Below, in pieces: positions 11,030-23,308 of a DNA stretch of 36,510 bases; position 1 is the stretch's first letter; each line of letters opens with the position of its first letter. The DNA is taken from contig NW_021824687.1 in assembly GCF_006345805.1 (NCBI RefSeq), positions 1 through 36,510 of the forward strand, written 5' to 3'. The notes beneath the pieces are model-generated. The model did no database searches and was not told the DNA's origin. It was given only the letters and a program-made list of their open reading frames with translations. The DNA is from Octopus sinensis. Lineage: Eukaryota. The translations under genes were made by a program, and so were the position numbers.

Positions 11030-11535
11030 GGAGGCGCAATGGCCCAGTGATTAGGCCAGCGTACTCGCATTCGTAGGATCGTGGTTTCGATTCCCAGACT
11101 GGGCATTGTGAGTATTTATTGAGCGAAAACACCTGAAGCTCCATGACGCCCTGGCAGGGGGTGGTGGCGAACCCTGCTGTACTCTTTCACCACAACTTTC
11201 TCTCACCCTTTCTTCCTGCTTCTGTTGTACCTGTATTTCAAAAAAGGGCCAACCTGTCACACCTGTGTCACGCTGAATCTCCCCGAGAACTAAGTTAAGA
11301 GTACATGTGTCTGTGGAGTGCCCAGCCACTTGGACGTTAATAGATGAGCTGTGACGTCACTGGTGCCAAGCTGTATTGGCCTTTACCTGTCCCTTGGATA
11401 ACATCGGTGGCGTGGAGAGGGGAGGCTGATATGCATGGCCAACTGCTGGTCTTCCATAAACAACCTTGCCCGGACTTGTGCGTTGGAGGATAACTTTTAG
11501 ATGCAATCATGGTCATTCATGACCGAAGGGGGTCA
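11030..11535 (+). mobile_element. SINE family D: tRNA head, central domain and an alternative 3' module
   Basis: tRNA-like 'ggaggcgcaatggcccagtgattagg...ggtttcgattccc'; central domain 11228-11340 shared with 25148-25260; distinct GC-rich 3' part ending in hairpin GGTCA-TTCA-TGACC (11511-11524). Confidence 0.8.
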
Positions 11536-11545
11536 CAAAACACAT

Positions 11546-11598
11546 ATCATCATCAATCATCATCATCGTTAACGTTCCGCTTTCCGCGCTAGCACGAT
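11546..11598 (-). mobile_element. SINE family C 3' tail fragment
   Basis: 'catcatcatcgttaacgttccgctttccgcgctagca' matches the family C terminus. Confidence 0.7.
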
Positions 11599-11601
11599 AT
11601 A

Positions 11602-11671
<70 letters not shown>

Positions 11672-11702
11672 TATATAATATATACACACACACATATATA
11701 TA
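11597..11702. repeat. (TA)n microsatellite
   Basis: Direct reading. Confidence 0.95.
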
Positions 11703-12134
11703 TTAAAGGGAGGAATATAATATCCTGGCAGATGTAAAATGCCAAGTTTGGTTCCTTCAAATGGTGTATTTTATGGTAAATTTCTTTTATCTCTCATCTG
11801 ATGTTACAGTTTTTTCCTGTGAAAGTACAATACTGATAAGGAGAATGAGGAATTTGAACATTCAACATAAAGTTTGAATATTCAAATTCTTCATTTTGCT
11901 TATAATCAATATTGATGAGTAGATAGACAGCTGCCAACTGATGAAGGGTCGTTCTTTGTGTCACTTGTCCTGGTTTCCATTTTTCTCTCATTTTTTGTGC
12001 ATTTAATGTGTTTGTTTTTGTACTTGTTGTTGTGTACAGTTGGTGACACCCTGTACCCATATATGCATATATCTATTAATATAATTTATATTATTATTTA
12101 ATTGAACACCACGCATCCGTTTCTAAGTATATCT

Positions 12135-12187
<53 letters not shown>

Positions 12188-12827
12188 CATATATATATAT
12201 GCTGGTATAAAATAATGTGCAGAATTGTTTCATTTATGAGAAAAGCAACTCAACCAATCAATAATCACGATCAATAAAATAAGTATTGAACTGGAAAAAA
12301 ATCCTAAGGATTCATATGATTCCTTAAGACAGTGCTCCAGCTTGGTCACAGCCCACTGACTGAAATCATTATAAAATACAAAAGATAACAAGAAATATCT
12401 TAGCATATTCAGAGTAGCAAGCACTCCAAGACAGAATTAGCAACAACAACAACAACAGCACACACACACACACACACACCTACACACTTAAAAGAAAACT
12501 GTAACAGACTCCAGAATGACTACACGAAGACGAGATGATTGCATTGATAAATTTAACAAATAGTGACAAAAATTTATAAATTGTATGAAAAGCTATTACA
12601 TCTGTAACGAATATTTAAAATGACAAAAATAAATTGAGTAAAGTGAAATAAAAAGAATTCAAGAAATACAGTTTCGGTTTTTCAAGAGAATATTTTACTT
12701 GACTGCCTCATCATACAGCTGAATTCATATATGACAATAAAATAAAAATACGTCTATTTATTAGAATTAAAGGTTTAACTAGAATTCTAGCATAGAAATC
12801 TATAGCATTATTGATGTTGTTGTTATA

Positions 12828-12829
12828 AC

Positions 12830-12882
<53 letters not shown>

Positions 12883-12885
12883 GTA

Positions 12886-12926
<41 letters not shown>

Positions 12927-13039
12927 TATTATTATTATCATTATTACTATTATTATCATTATTTTTTATTTTATTATCATTATTACTATTACCATTATTA
13001 TTATTATTCCATTATTATTATTATTATTATATATTATCG

Positions 13040-13070
<31 letters not shown>

Positions 13071-13115
13071 GCCATTATTATTATTATTTTTATCATTATA
13101 TTATTATTATTATTA

Positions 13116-13162
<47 letters not shown>

Positions 13163-13190
13163 ATTATTGGTTATTATAATCATTATTATT
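12828..13190. repeat. Long (ATT)n microsatellite with ACC/ATC interruptions
   Basis: Direct reading. Confidence 0.95.
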
Positions 13191-13299
13191 TTAATTTCTA
13201 TTTTTAATGAAGTTATTGTTTTGAGAAGAAAGAAGAAAAATTAACAGTGGTGAATTAAAGTAAAGAGGAAGGAGAGAGGGAGAAACAGAGTGAGAGTAA

Positions 13300-13955
13300 A
13301 AGGAGAGAGAGAGAGAGAGAGAGAGAGACAGCGAGAGGGACTGTGATAAAGGCTGAGAAAAAGAGAGATAGAGGAAGAAAGATAGAATGATAGGCAAAGA
13401 GGGAGGGACGGGGTAAGAGAGAATAGGAGACATGAGAGAGAGAAAATGATTGAGATAGGGAGAAAAGATGTAAAAGAGTGAAAGAAGGAGTCTGCATGTG
13501 TGTGTGTGTATGTGTGTGTGTGTGAGTGCATGCATTTGTGTGTATGTGTGTGTGTTATTGTTTTGTCTGGTGACTTAAATACAGCTGAGATTGGGAGATA
13601 ATTTAGGCAACCAACCAAACTTTCACATCGATATCTTCTTTATTGAATACTTTACATGTACACACACACCCACACACACACACACATACACACACACACA
13701 CATTCATTTTCTTTCCCTCTCTTACAGACACTCTCCCTCTGTCTCTTCCCTCACACATACATGCATGTACACTTTACACAAATGGTCTCTCTTTCTCTCT
13801 TACACACACACACCACACACACTCTCTCTCTCTCTCTCTCACCCACACATACAATCCATACTCTCTCAAACAGAAAAATACATTAAAAAAAGACAAATAA
13901 AAAACACCGTCCTCACATACCTAAACATGTTCACCTCTCTCTCTCTCTCTCTCTC
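13300..13955. repeat. Cluster of (GA)n, (TG)n, (CA)n and (CT)n tracts
   Basis: Direct reading; short unique spacers between tracts. Confidence 0.85.
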
Positions 13956-14359
13956 ACGAACACATTATTTGAAATAATCAGGTATGTTCACTGATTCGCT
14001 AATGACTAAACACACCGTCTTGCTCGCAAACACACAAAACACAGTACACAGATGTGTAAATATATATATTTTTTTCCTATCTCACCGAAGATATAGTACA
14101 TAGCCACATTAACTACAGCTTTTCTCTTTTCTGCTATGTAAATCAGTCACACAACACACACAAAAACATGCACACATTTGCACACATGTTGAAAGATAAA
14201 AAAACTTATTCACAAAACCAGGTAAAAAGCATACAACTTATTTTACACACAAACACAGTCCTATTCAAATAGACTCGTAACTGTAAGGCATGTTCATATA
14301 CATGCACGCATAAAGCACATCACATTCATGCCCGAACGAACCTTGATTCACTATCATAC

Positions 14360-14379
14360 AAAACACACACATACCATAT

Positions 14380-14412
<33 letters not shown>

Positions 14413-14870
14413 CACATATATATACATATACACATATATATATATATATAATAATATATATACACATATATATACATATATACATATACACATATATATA
14501 CATATACATATATACATATAAACATATATATATATACATATATACATACATATAACATATATATATACTTTTACATATATACAGACACATATATACACAT
14601 ATATATATATATATATATATACATACACATATATACATACATATATCTATATATATATACATATATATGCCATACATATATATATATATATATATAATAT
14701 ATATATTATACATACATATATACATACATATATACATATATATCTATATAAATTATACATATATACAGAACACATATCAATATATATATACACATATATA
14801 CATGCATATATATGCATACATATATATGCATATATATATATATATATATATACGTTTGTATGTATGCATG
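14360..14870. repeat. Compound (CA)n/(TA)n/(CATA)n tract, about 500 bp
   Basis: Direct reading. Confidence 0.95.
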
Positions 14871-17242
14871 TCATGTTTGCATACAAACAGCTATTACACA
14901 TTAATTACAATATTTATGCTGGAGGTAACACCCTGTATATATGTACGTTTAATTAGAAACAGAGACACACACAGTCAACTCTGAAGAGATACACACTGAA
15001 CTGTAAGCTCATGCACATTTAGTTATATACACACATTCATTTACAAACACAAGAATAATCAAATAAAACTATGCTCATATGGTAAATTAAACACATACAC
15101 ACATATACATACAACTTCACTTACAGATGTAGTCATATATTCAATTATAAGTGCTTACACATATTCAGTTGTAAACACATACAAATATTTAGTTATAAAC
15201 ACATACACAAACATATATTCAGATATAAATTCAGATAGCTATTCACTTACACATATCCTTTTAGAAATAGATATACATATTCATTAATAAATATACTTAG
15301 TTAGAAACATTCTCATATTGAATTATAAAAGCATACACATTCAAGTAGAAACACATATCAGAATCACATGTTAAATTAAAATCACACAAACACACATTTA
15401 ATTATAAATACAGGCACATGTGTAATAGGTATGTAATATTGAATAAAACGCTTTCATTGGTTCTAAAATTGAATCCTAGTTTTTGCGACACAATTTTTTG
15501 GCAAAGTGATAGGGAGGGTGTCACCATGGAAAAGCATCAGAGTAAATGCAAGTCACTTGTTCTATCTAACAAGAGCAAGAGTGTATAATTAATGAAAGCA
15601 TGTGTGTGTGTGTGTGTCTGTGTATCACAAACTTTCATAAATAAATATTCTTATGGGATTAAGAAATGAGTGGAGTGCTTACAACTGGGGTTCTATTTTG
15701 ATTAAATCTTTTGCTAAGGAAGATTCCTGCTGAATGAAGAATCTAAGAAGTCAAACATACTGGGATTTTTAGAGGCATATTATATTTTTGACTTTTTTGA
15801 ATTCCCATAATCATGTTCCATATAGAAGAATTTTTATGCTTTTCCCTAATCATGTCTTTTTTAAGTCAGTCACATATCTTTTTTGAAGTTCTTCAACTAT
15901 GCTATGTCTTAGCATGCAAAAAGAAAAAAATAACCACCAAGTATATTTATATATGAATTATGATCCTGACAACTATTTACTTATTTATCTTTTTTTTTTT
16001 GCCCAAACTGCAACACCAGAAGTTTCTTTATAATAATGCTCTATATATCACAAATGTTCTAGAAGTGGCTTAGTTGTGTTTGATGACTGCTTGGCAAAAC
16101 TGAGCTTGAAACTTGAAGTTACAATGTATTATCACAAAAAGTTCTTTCTATATATATATAAAACCATGAAGTCAAGAGGTATGGGAAGTAAGCATATATT
16201 CATTTAACTACATGGACTTCCATAGGGTTACAGCCATTTCACAATCTTCTTCATGTTGTATTAATTTCAGTATGGAAGAAATTATGCATACGTGTTTGTA
16301 ATAATATGTCTGGCCAGCATTACGTAGTATAACTGTATATACACAAACCACTGCAAATAAAGAAATCTAGCTCATCTGATCACTGGAACATAAATATTTC
16401 ATTCTACAACAATATATATTGATAACACTGATTCTATCTATGCAACCATCAAACACACACACTCACACATACATACATACATACATACACACACCCTTTC
16501 TTAATTTACTGGACTTATCACCCATTTTATATTTTAGTTAGAAAGAAATGCCGATAATGTTTTCTTCTCAAACTCACAAAATATTCTTCCATATGTCATT
16601 CTGTACATGCATTAACACTTATTCATTCTCAATATTTGCCATGGCCATATTTGAGTTATTTCCCTTAGCTCAATTTTGTTTTCTATATAACGGAGTTATA
16701 ATAAAATGATTTACACAGTGGAGGCAAAGTTTCTCTGAACAAAAAAATCTGTTTATTTTAAAATTGCTGACCATACATCTTTGTCATAAATATTTATTAA
16801 CATGACCATAATCATGACAGAAATGTCGTTAGAATGATTTGTTTGATCAGTTAATTTTCTCATAGAAATTAAAAAAAAAAAAAAAAAGAGAGGAAATAAT
16901 TCAATGATGAATTTCTGAGTTATCTGACAACTGATGTGTAATTTCATTGTTGATCCTGCTATATTGTTTAGCCCCAGGTCATCCTGTAACCACCACAATT
17001 TTTTTAATGAAAGGAAATAAAGTCATAGGACAAGGAAATAATATAAATAATAATCAAAGTAATTAAACAGAAAATACATTATGAAATGACAATACATGAA
17101 TTGTACACAAAGACAACATAATTTATATAATGGCTTAACAAACATAGGCTCTTCCAATCATCATTTCATTCAATATGTTAAATAAAACAAAAAAAAAAAT
17201 AAAATAAAACATTAACTCATTCACTTATTGAAGTTTCCCTAT

Positions 17243-17645
17243 AGGCCTAGGAGTGGCTGTGTGGTAAGTAGCTTGCTTACCAGCCACATGGTTCCAGGTT
17301 CAGTCCCACTGCGTGGCACTTTGGGCAAGTGTCTTCTACTATAGCCTCAGGCTGACCAAAGCCTTGTGAGTGGATTTGGTAGATGGAAACTGAAAGAAGC
17401 CCGTAGTATATATGTATATATATAGGTGTGTGTGCGCGTATGTTTGTGTGCCTGTGTTTGCCCCCTAGCATTGCTTGACAACCGTTGCTGGTGTGTTTAT
17501 GTCCCCATTACTTAGCAGTTCGGCAACAGAGACCAATAGAATAAGTACTGGGCTTACAAAGAATAAGTCCCAGGGTCGAGTTGCTCGACTAAAGGCGGTG
17601 CCCCAGCATGGCCGCAGTCAAATGACTGAAACAAGTAAAAGAGAG
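17243..17645 (+). mobile_element. SINE family A, full length
   Basis: Same head, CORE-like segment, short central microsatellite and tail as 3000-3426. Confidence 0.92.
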
Positions 17646-18644
17646 TTCCTTTTGCGAAATGTATTGAATGGGTAGCAAACAAGTCGACACTTGTAGAATT
17701 GATATATTCATTTAGCTGTGGAAAATAAATATTTCCACAAGATTACACCTAATAAGGTAACATTTATTTTCTTTCCTACATTGTGTGTGCACATGCTTGT
17801 GAAGGAGAGAGAGAGAGAGAGAGAGAGAATGCATGTGTGTGTGAGAGAAAGAGAGTGGGATTGCTAATGTCATAAGCAAACAATAATACTTCACCAACAC
17901 TACTTCTGAAATAACAGAGCTATAGCCCAGGGACAACAGAGGACAGGTTCTGAGGCTAGTTTCTTCACTTTTACATTACTTAACAACAAACAATAATACA
18001 ACATGGAAATTTGTTCTAATAAAATACCTGATCAAGTGAAAGAACATTCTACGTGTGAGGGCTTGAGATATTAAACTATCAGTCAATAATGCTATAAGGA
18101 CAATAACAACAGCAACAAACAAAAGCAAACAAATAATGGAATCAATATATGTTTTCATTATTCATTTTTGCTCAAATTAGATAAGCTAATAAACTCCTAA
18201 CAGAAAATGTATCCAGAACCATTTTATAAGTTAACATAGAAAGTGGTTGAAGGAAATTAATACATAGAGATTCTGAGTGAATCAAACAGCAGGATGTTTC
18301 TAGATTTTGTCATTATTATTGTACATATGCTTCAATGCCCACATGTTTCCATGTGTGCATGCATGCTATGTGTAATTATAGATGCATGTGCATGCACGCA
18401 CACACACACACACATGTGAAATAAAAGAACAGAACCTCAGGAGTCTGGTGTTGATCTGTGTCAGCAAAAATTGCATATAATGATAAATGATAAAGTTTCT
18501 TAAGTTTTTATGGTGATACGAGGAAAGTTTTGCGGATTCAAAGAAAGCCTTTCTTTTGGAAGAAAGAAACTTTGTTTTTCTTTGTCATGGAGTCAAGTAC
18601 GTCAACACCAACATCAAAATAAAAATCAAATGGAAATCGTAGTT

Positions 18645-18978
18645 ATGACACCAGTGCCAGTGCCACGTAAAATGCACCGTCTGAATGTGGCTGATGCCAG
18701 TGCTGCCTGACTGGCGACCGTGTTGGTGACATGTAAAAAGCACCAACCGATCATGGCCGTTTGCCAGCCTCCTCTGGCCCCTGTGTCGGTGGCACGTAAA
18801 AAGCACTCACTACACTCACGGAATGGTTGGCATTAGGAAGGGCATCCAGCTGTAGAAACACTGCCAGATCAGACTGAGGAGCTTGGGGCAGGCTCCTGGC
18901 TTCCCAGACCCCAGTCGAACTGTCCAACCCATGCTAGCACAGAAAACTGACGTTAAACGATGATGATGATGATGATGT
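18645..18978 (+). mobile_element. SINE family C
   Basis: Three 'ca(c/t)gtaaaa(a/t)gcac' units about 65 bp apart, then 'tggttggcattaggaagggcatccagctgtagaaac' and a (GAT)n tail. Confidence 0.88.
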
Positions 18979-19170
18979 CCAAGAGAGCTTGGACACAGTG
19001 GAGGATGATAGGGAATGTCAGAGAGCTATTAGTATTTATTTGGAAAGGAAGTAGTCCTTGAAAGAAGAGAATTTAGAAGGTGAGCAGGTAGGGGAGAGAG
19101 AGAGCGAATTTAAGAGAAAATATGGAGAGAGTAAGCAAGATAAAAGAATTGGGAGGTTAGATCTGGTTAG

Positions 19171-19345
19171 ACATTTAATGTGCATTCCCTATGTTCGCAT
19201 GGTTTGGACAGTTTGACAGGGGCTGGAAAGCCAGAGAGTTTCCCTATTTTGGTTTGGTTTCTGTGGCTTGATGCCCTTACTAACACCAGCTACTTCACAG
19301 AACGTACTGGGTGCTTTTTACCTGGTACTAAACTCCAGTGGTGCT
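19171..19345 (-). mobile_element. SINE family C, diverged
   Basis: 'catttaatgtgcattccctatgt..catgg.ttggacag' and 'gatgcccttactaacacc..gggtgctttttac' match 4570-4740. Confidence 0.7.
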
Positions 19346-19637
19346 TTAGAGGTGTGACCAGCATGGGTGTTTTAACTTGTAACATTTGGTGATAAAACCA
19401 GCAAACATGCTGAGCCTGCTTGCTAAGGTGAGTGGCTTTTATTGGACATCCTGCTGGACAAAATACGAAACATGCCAAAGAGTGGATGAACTTGGGAGAG
19501 CCAATGACCATTCAACAACTAAGAATGAAAATTCTTAGTCTTTGTTTAGACATCTCACTTGCAAATGGAAAACTCTGATGTAAAACCTACAACTTTGAAG
19601 CATCTAATGATGGGGCAAATGCATGCATTGTTTAGAG

Positions 19638-19856
19638 CAGTGCTTTTCAAAGTTTTTGCTGGAGCGGAACCCCAAGGAAACATTCCACTGGCTCGAGGAG
19701 CCCCTGTGCAATAATCTAATAGTCTTATGCACACATATCTGCACAGGAGAATTAAAACTTAATGCCGATTTTAGCAGTTTTGTAACTTCTTGCGGAACCC
19801 CTAGACTGTACTGGCGGAACCCTAAGGTTCCGCGGAACCCTGGTTGAAAACCACTG
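19638..19856. mobile_element. hAT (Charlie-like) MITE (219 bp)
   Basis: TIR CAGTGCTTTTCAA / TTGAAAACCACTG; perfect 8-bp TSD GTTTAGAG (19630-19637, 19857-19864); repeated subterminal GCGGAACCC motifs. Confidence 0.92.
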
Positions 19857-20596
19857 GTTTAGAGAGTGGAAGTGAACCCATGCAAGGTCTTTGCTTTCTT
19901 TTCCTCAGTTTTAAAAGCATCAGGTAGAGGAATCACATGATTTTTAACACCTTTTTTATGTTTTAAATTCTATGGATGTCTATAATTGGAAAAAGCAAAG
20001 CAGTCAATGAAAGATTCCATGATGAAAAGCAAGCACCTGTCAGCATGTGCTGTAAGCTCACTGTACACCAACTGCAAGAGGTGTCCATCATTGTCATATT
20101 TGTAGAAAAAATGTACGATCCTAGCAAGATTGAAAAGCCACATATGTGTTGCTCTCATTGAAGAGAAATAACAAGCAATGACAATACTCAAAATTGAGAT
20201 GCAAGCATAATAGGAATTTATATGTGTATGTGAGAGTACATATCCATGTGCGTGTGTGTATAAATATATGTATATATATATATATTTGTGAGATATACAT
20301 GTAATACACACACATGTATGTATATATATGTATGCCTGTGTATCATCACCACAGGCAAACTGTTCATAGTTGATGATGACTGTTCATGTGAAATGCCTTG
20401 AGTCATAGTATCCAAATTGAATTGATTTCCTCCACAGTTTTCTGTTCCCAACCACAGTGCTCCTGCTGTGAGCATTGATGACCAGTCTCCGAATTGTATT
20501 TAACCACATCGCTGCATCTTAGTTGGGGTTCTATCTTGCATTTCTCATGCCACTAGAAGGCTTGAAGTAGAGTTTTGCCTTGGCAACCAACGTTCT

Positions 20597-20607
20597 TATA
20601 TACATAC

Positions 20608-20663
<56 letters not shown>

Positions 20664-20718
20664 GTATGTATATATATATTAATATATACATATATATATA
20701 TATGTATGCATGTGTATG

Positions 20719-20749
<31 letters not shown>

Positions 20750-20755
20750 ATATAT

Positions 20756-20792
<37 letters not shown>
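20597..20792. repeat. (TA)n/(TATG)n microsatellite
   Basis: Direct reading. Confidence 0.95.
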
Positions 20793-20796
<4 letters not shown>

Positions 20797-21180
20797 CCAG
20801 GTAAATTATGCACAGAGATACACACACAAATATATTTAATAAATGTTTTCCTTATAAAATGGATTGCTGTAAGTTTTGTTTATCTTTAATCTGTTTATGC
20901 TTTACTGACTTCATTTGAATCTCTTAATCTATTCTCTGTAAATATATCCATATTTATATTTCTCATGCCATTTGTTTATATATTTCACCACTTACATGCT
21001 TTCCTACACTGGTGCCTATATACATGGTAACATGCCTATACATACATAATTATATACAAATAGATGTGTGTATCATATACTATATATATGATGTATTTAG
21101 AGTGCATGTATGTATATATATATGATATACATTGTGTATATATGTATAGACATATATATATATCTATATAATAATAATAA

Positions 21181-21535
21181 TATGAGGGAATATTATTCCA
21201 AACTTACAGGGAAATAGGTTAAGAGATTTACGTATATGTACTAATTTAGCTAAATAATTATTTTATTTGTTTTTATCTTTAACCTGAAGAGTGATGATAT
21301 TTATATTGAAGTGATTTTACTATTATTATTACTATTATCCTGTCTTAAATATAGCCATGAAACACGTGTCGTTATTCTACCAAATATATATGTTTTATTT
21401 ATTATTTTGCACATTACTTAATCATTGTTATATGTTTTATATTATATTTAATCTTTCTACAAGATGTATTTTTTCTAAATGTTATAATCTAGTTTTTCAT
21501 TATTGAATTGATGAAAGGTGTTTTTTTTCTAATTT
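21181..21535 (+). mobile_element. Probable Penelope-like (pseudo-LTR) or retrozyme-type remnant carrying the hammerhead motif
   Basis: AT-rich block bounded by (AAT)n and (TA)n tracts containing a PLE-style type I hammerhead; no ORF; class assignment is inferred from ribozyme architecture; boundaries approximate. Confidence 0.5.
21280..21374 (+). ncRNA. Type I hammerhead ribozyme motif
   Basis: Stem I TAAC(21280-83)/GTTA(21371-74); core CTGAAGA (21284-90); stem II 21291-21303/21346-21358 with 11 of 13 positions paired; GAAA (21359-62); palindromic stem III ACACGTGT (21362-69); GTC cleavage triplet ending at 21370. Confidence 0.78.
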
Positions 21536-21970
21536 ATATATATATATATCTATATATATATATACATACATACACACATATGCATGTATGTGTGTGTGTG
21601 TGTGTGTGTGAGCATAAAGTTTGGTAATTAGAGTACAAAATTTTATATGTTACTACTTGTTTGACTAAGTATCTGGAAAAATCTGTTAACCAATTTCCTG
21701 CTAAACCAGTTCTAATATCGAACAATTTCTAACCAAGACAACCACCGATTTAATAACCTCAAGTGCTGTGACACATAACTGCTTGTATGACAGAATTATC
21801 AGTGAAATGTTAGTCTTTGACTGTAGTACAGAGAGGATAATGCAGAGTGATGAAGCCCTTATAATTAGCATGGGGCCAAATGTTTCTGCTGAAATTAGTG
21901 ACTTAGCTGGTTTGTATCTTATAGGTTTGTATATTTTAGTCAACAAAGCGACTACAGGATGTATTTTTTA

Positions 21971-22392
21971 AGCCTAGTACCTACTCTATCATTCACTTTT
22001 GCTGAACCGCTATGTTATGGAGGTGTAAACACACCAACACCAATTGTCAAGTAGTGGTGGGGAGACAAACAGACACACCTACACACAGATACATACATAC
22101 ATACATACGTACGTACGTACGTACGTACATACATACATACATACATACATACATACATACATACATACATACATACATACATACATACATACATACATAC
22201 ATACATACATACATACATACATACATACATACATGTATTATGGGCTTCTTTTAGTTTTTGGATATCAAATCCCCTCACAGCGATTTTGTCAGCCCGAGGC
22301 TATATTAGAAGATATTTACCCAAGGTACCACACAGGACTGAACCCAGAACCATGTGGTTGTGAAGCAAACTTTTTACCACATTGCTACCAGT
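21971..22392 (-). mobile_element. SINE family A, lacking the 3' end, with expanded (CATA)n centre
   Basis: 'gtaaacacaccaacacc..ttgtcaag', about 150 bp of (CATA)n, 'gggcttctt', 'actgaacccagaaccatgtggttg'. Confidence 0.85.
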
Positions 22393-23144
22393 CATAGTAA
22401 ACTAGGTACTCCATTCATTACAATCCAATTCTTTTCTAGAATATTTCTTTTCACCTGTGACTACATTATCCAATGTATCTGCCTTTTTAAAGGCTGTGGA
22501 ATACTAAAAAAATCATTTATGATAGATGAAAGAGTACCCTGATCTTGCTATGGTAGCTTTGACACTGATTAGTAAACGATTTCATAGTCCCAATGTTTAA
22601 GAAGAAAACAAAGTCCCTAAAAGCATTCAATTCATGTCTAAAATACAGATTCTTATCAAGAAAACTATTAGTATGTCTTAAAAACTGAAATTCCCTTTCA
22701 TCCCAACACACATCAATATAAAATATTAGCTTATCTTTATTGAACAAATCATAATCTCAGCAGACATTTACTATTAGTCTCCTAGACTAATATAGTTCAA
22801 TTTTATTAAAAATAGATTAAAAGTTTGATATTACTAAAAAATTAATTTTCCAACAATTTAGTTATTAAATTCGAAAATGTGGTTATTGTTGGAATTAACT
22901 ATTAATTCATGATATTTTTCAATTTATTCAGTTTATAGCAAAATTATGAGACACAAATATAACACATTTTTCAATTAAGTTCACAATTTTATCAGAATTT
23001 TGACTGGTTTTTATCATACCAGTACTAGAGATTTACTCTGTCATCTGATGTAAAAATAAAATTATAAAACAAACACATAATAAAATTGCAATTTGTAACA
23101 AGTTAACAATTCAAGTTCTAAAACAGTAACTTAATTGAATATGT

Positions 23145-23308
23145 AGGCACAAGCTTGGCTGAATGATTAAGAAGATTGCTTTGCAACCATTTGGCTTCAG
23201 GTCCATTCTCATTGTGTGGCACCTTGGACAAATGTCTACTACCGTAGCCATAGCCACTAAGCCAAGCAAGGCCTCGTGAGTGAATTTGGTAGACAGAAAC
23301 TGTGTGAA
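23145..23308 (+). mobile_element. SINE family A 5' half, diverged
   Basis: 'ggcaccttggacaaatgtctact' and 'gtgagtgaatttggtagacagaaactg'; directly abutted by a family B copy. Confidence 0.7.

Noticed and set aside
11030-11105. tRNA-like heads of SINE families as tRNA genes
   Set aside because: They have A/B-box similarity only, no full cloverleaf, and each continues into a SINE body.
11930-12070. CTGATGAAGGG, resembling the start of a hammerhead core
   Set aside because: No downstream GAAA or stem III partner in this copy. Similar CTGANGA hits near 1364, 4425, 14982 and 18873 also lack a GAAA/NUH arrangement.
19970-20311. Minus ORF segment YKYDNDGHLLQ, reminiscent of a YD repeat
   Set aside because: Single short motif with no further YD repeats; the ORF starts in a microsatellite.
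21701-21971. Overlapping sense and antisense ORFs of 67-81 aa
   Set aside because: No recognisable motif; ORFs of this length are expected occasionally in this much sequence.
22455-22747. 76-aa minus ORF (22517..22747) and an adjacent 39-nt phase 1-1 exon candidate (22455-22493, FKKADTLDNVVT)
   Set aside because: No recognised homology and weak donors; not supportable without RNA data.
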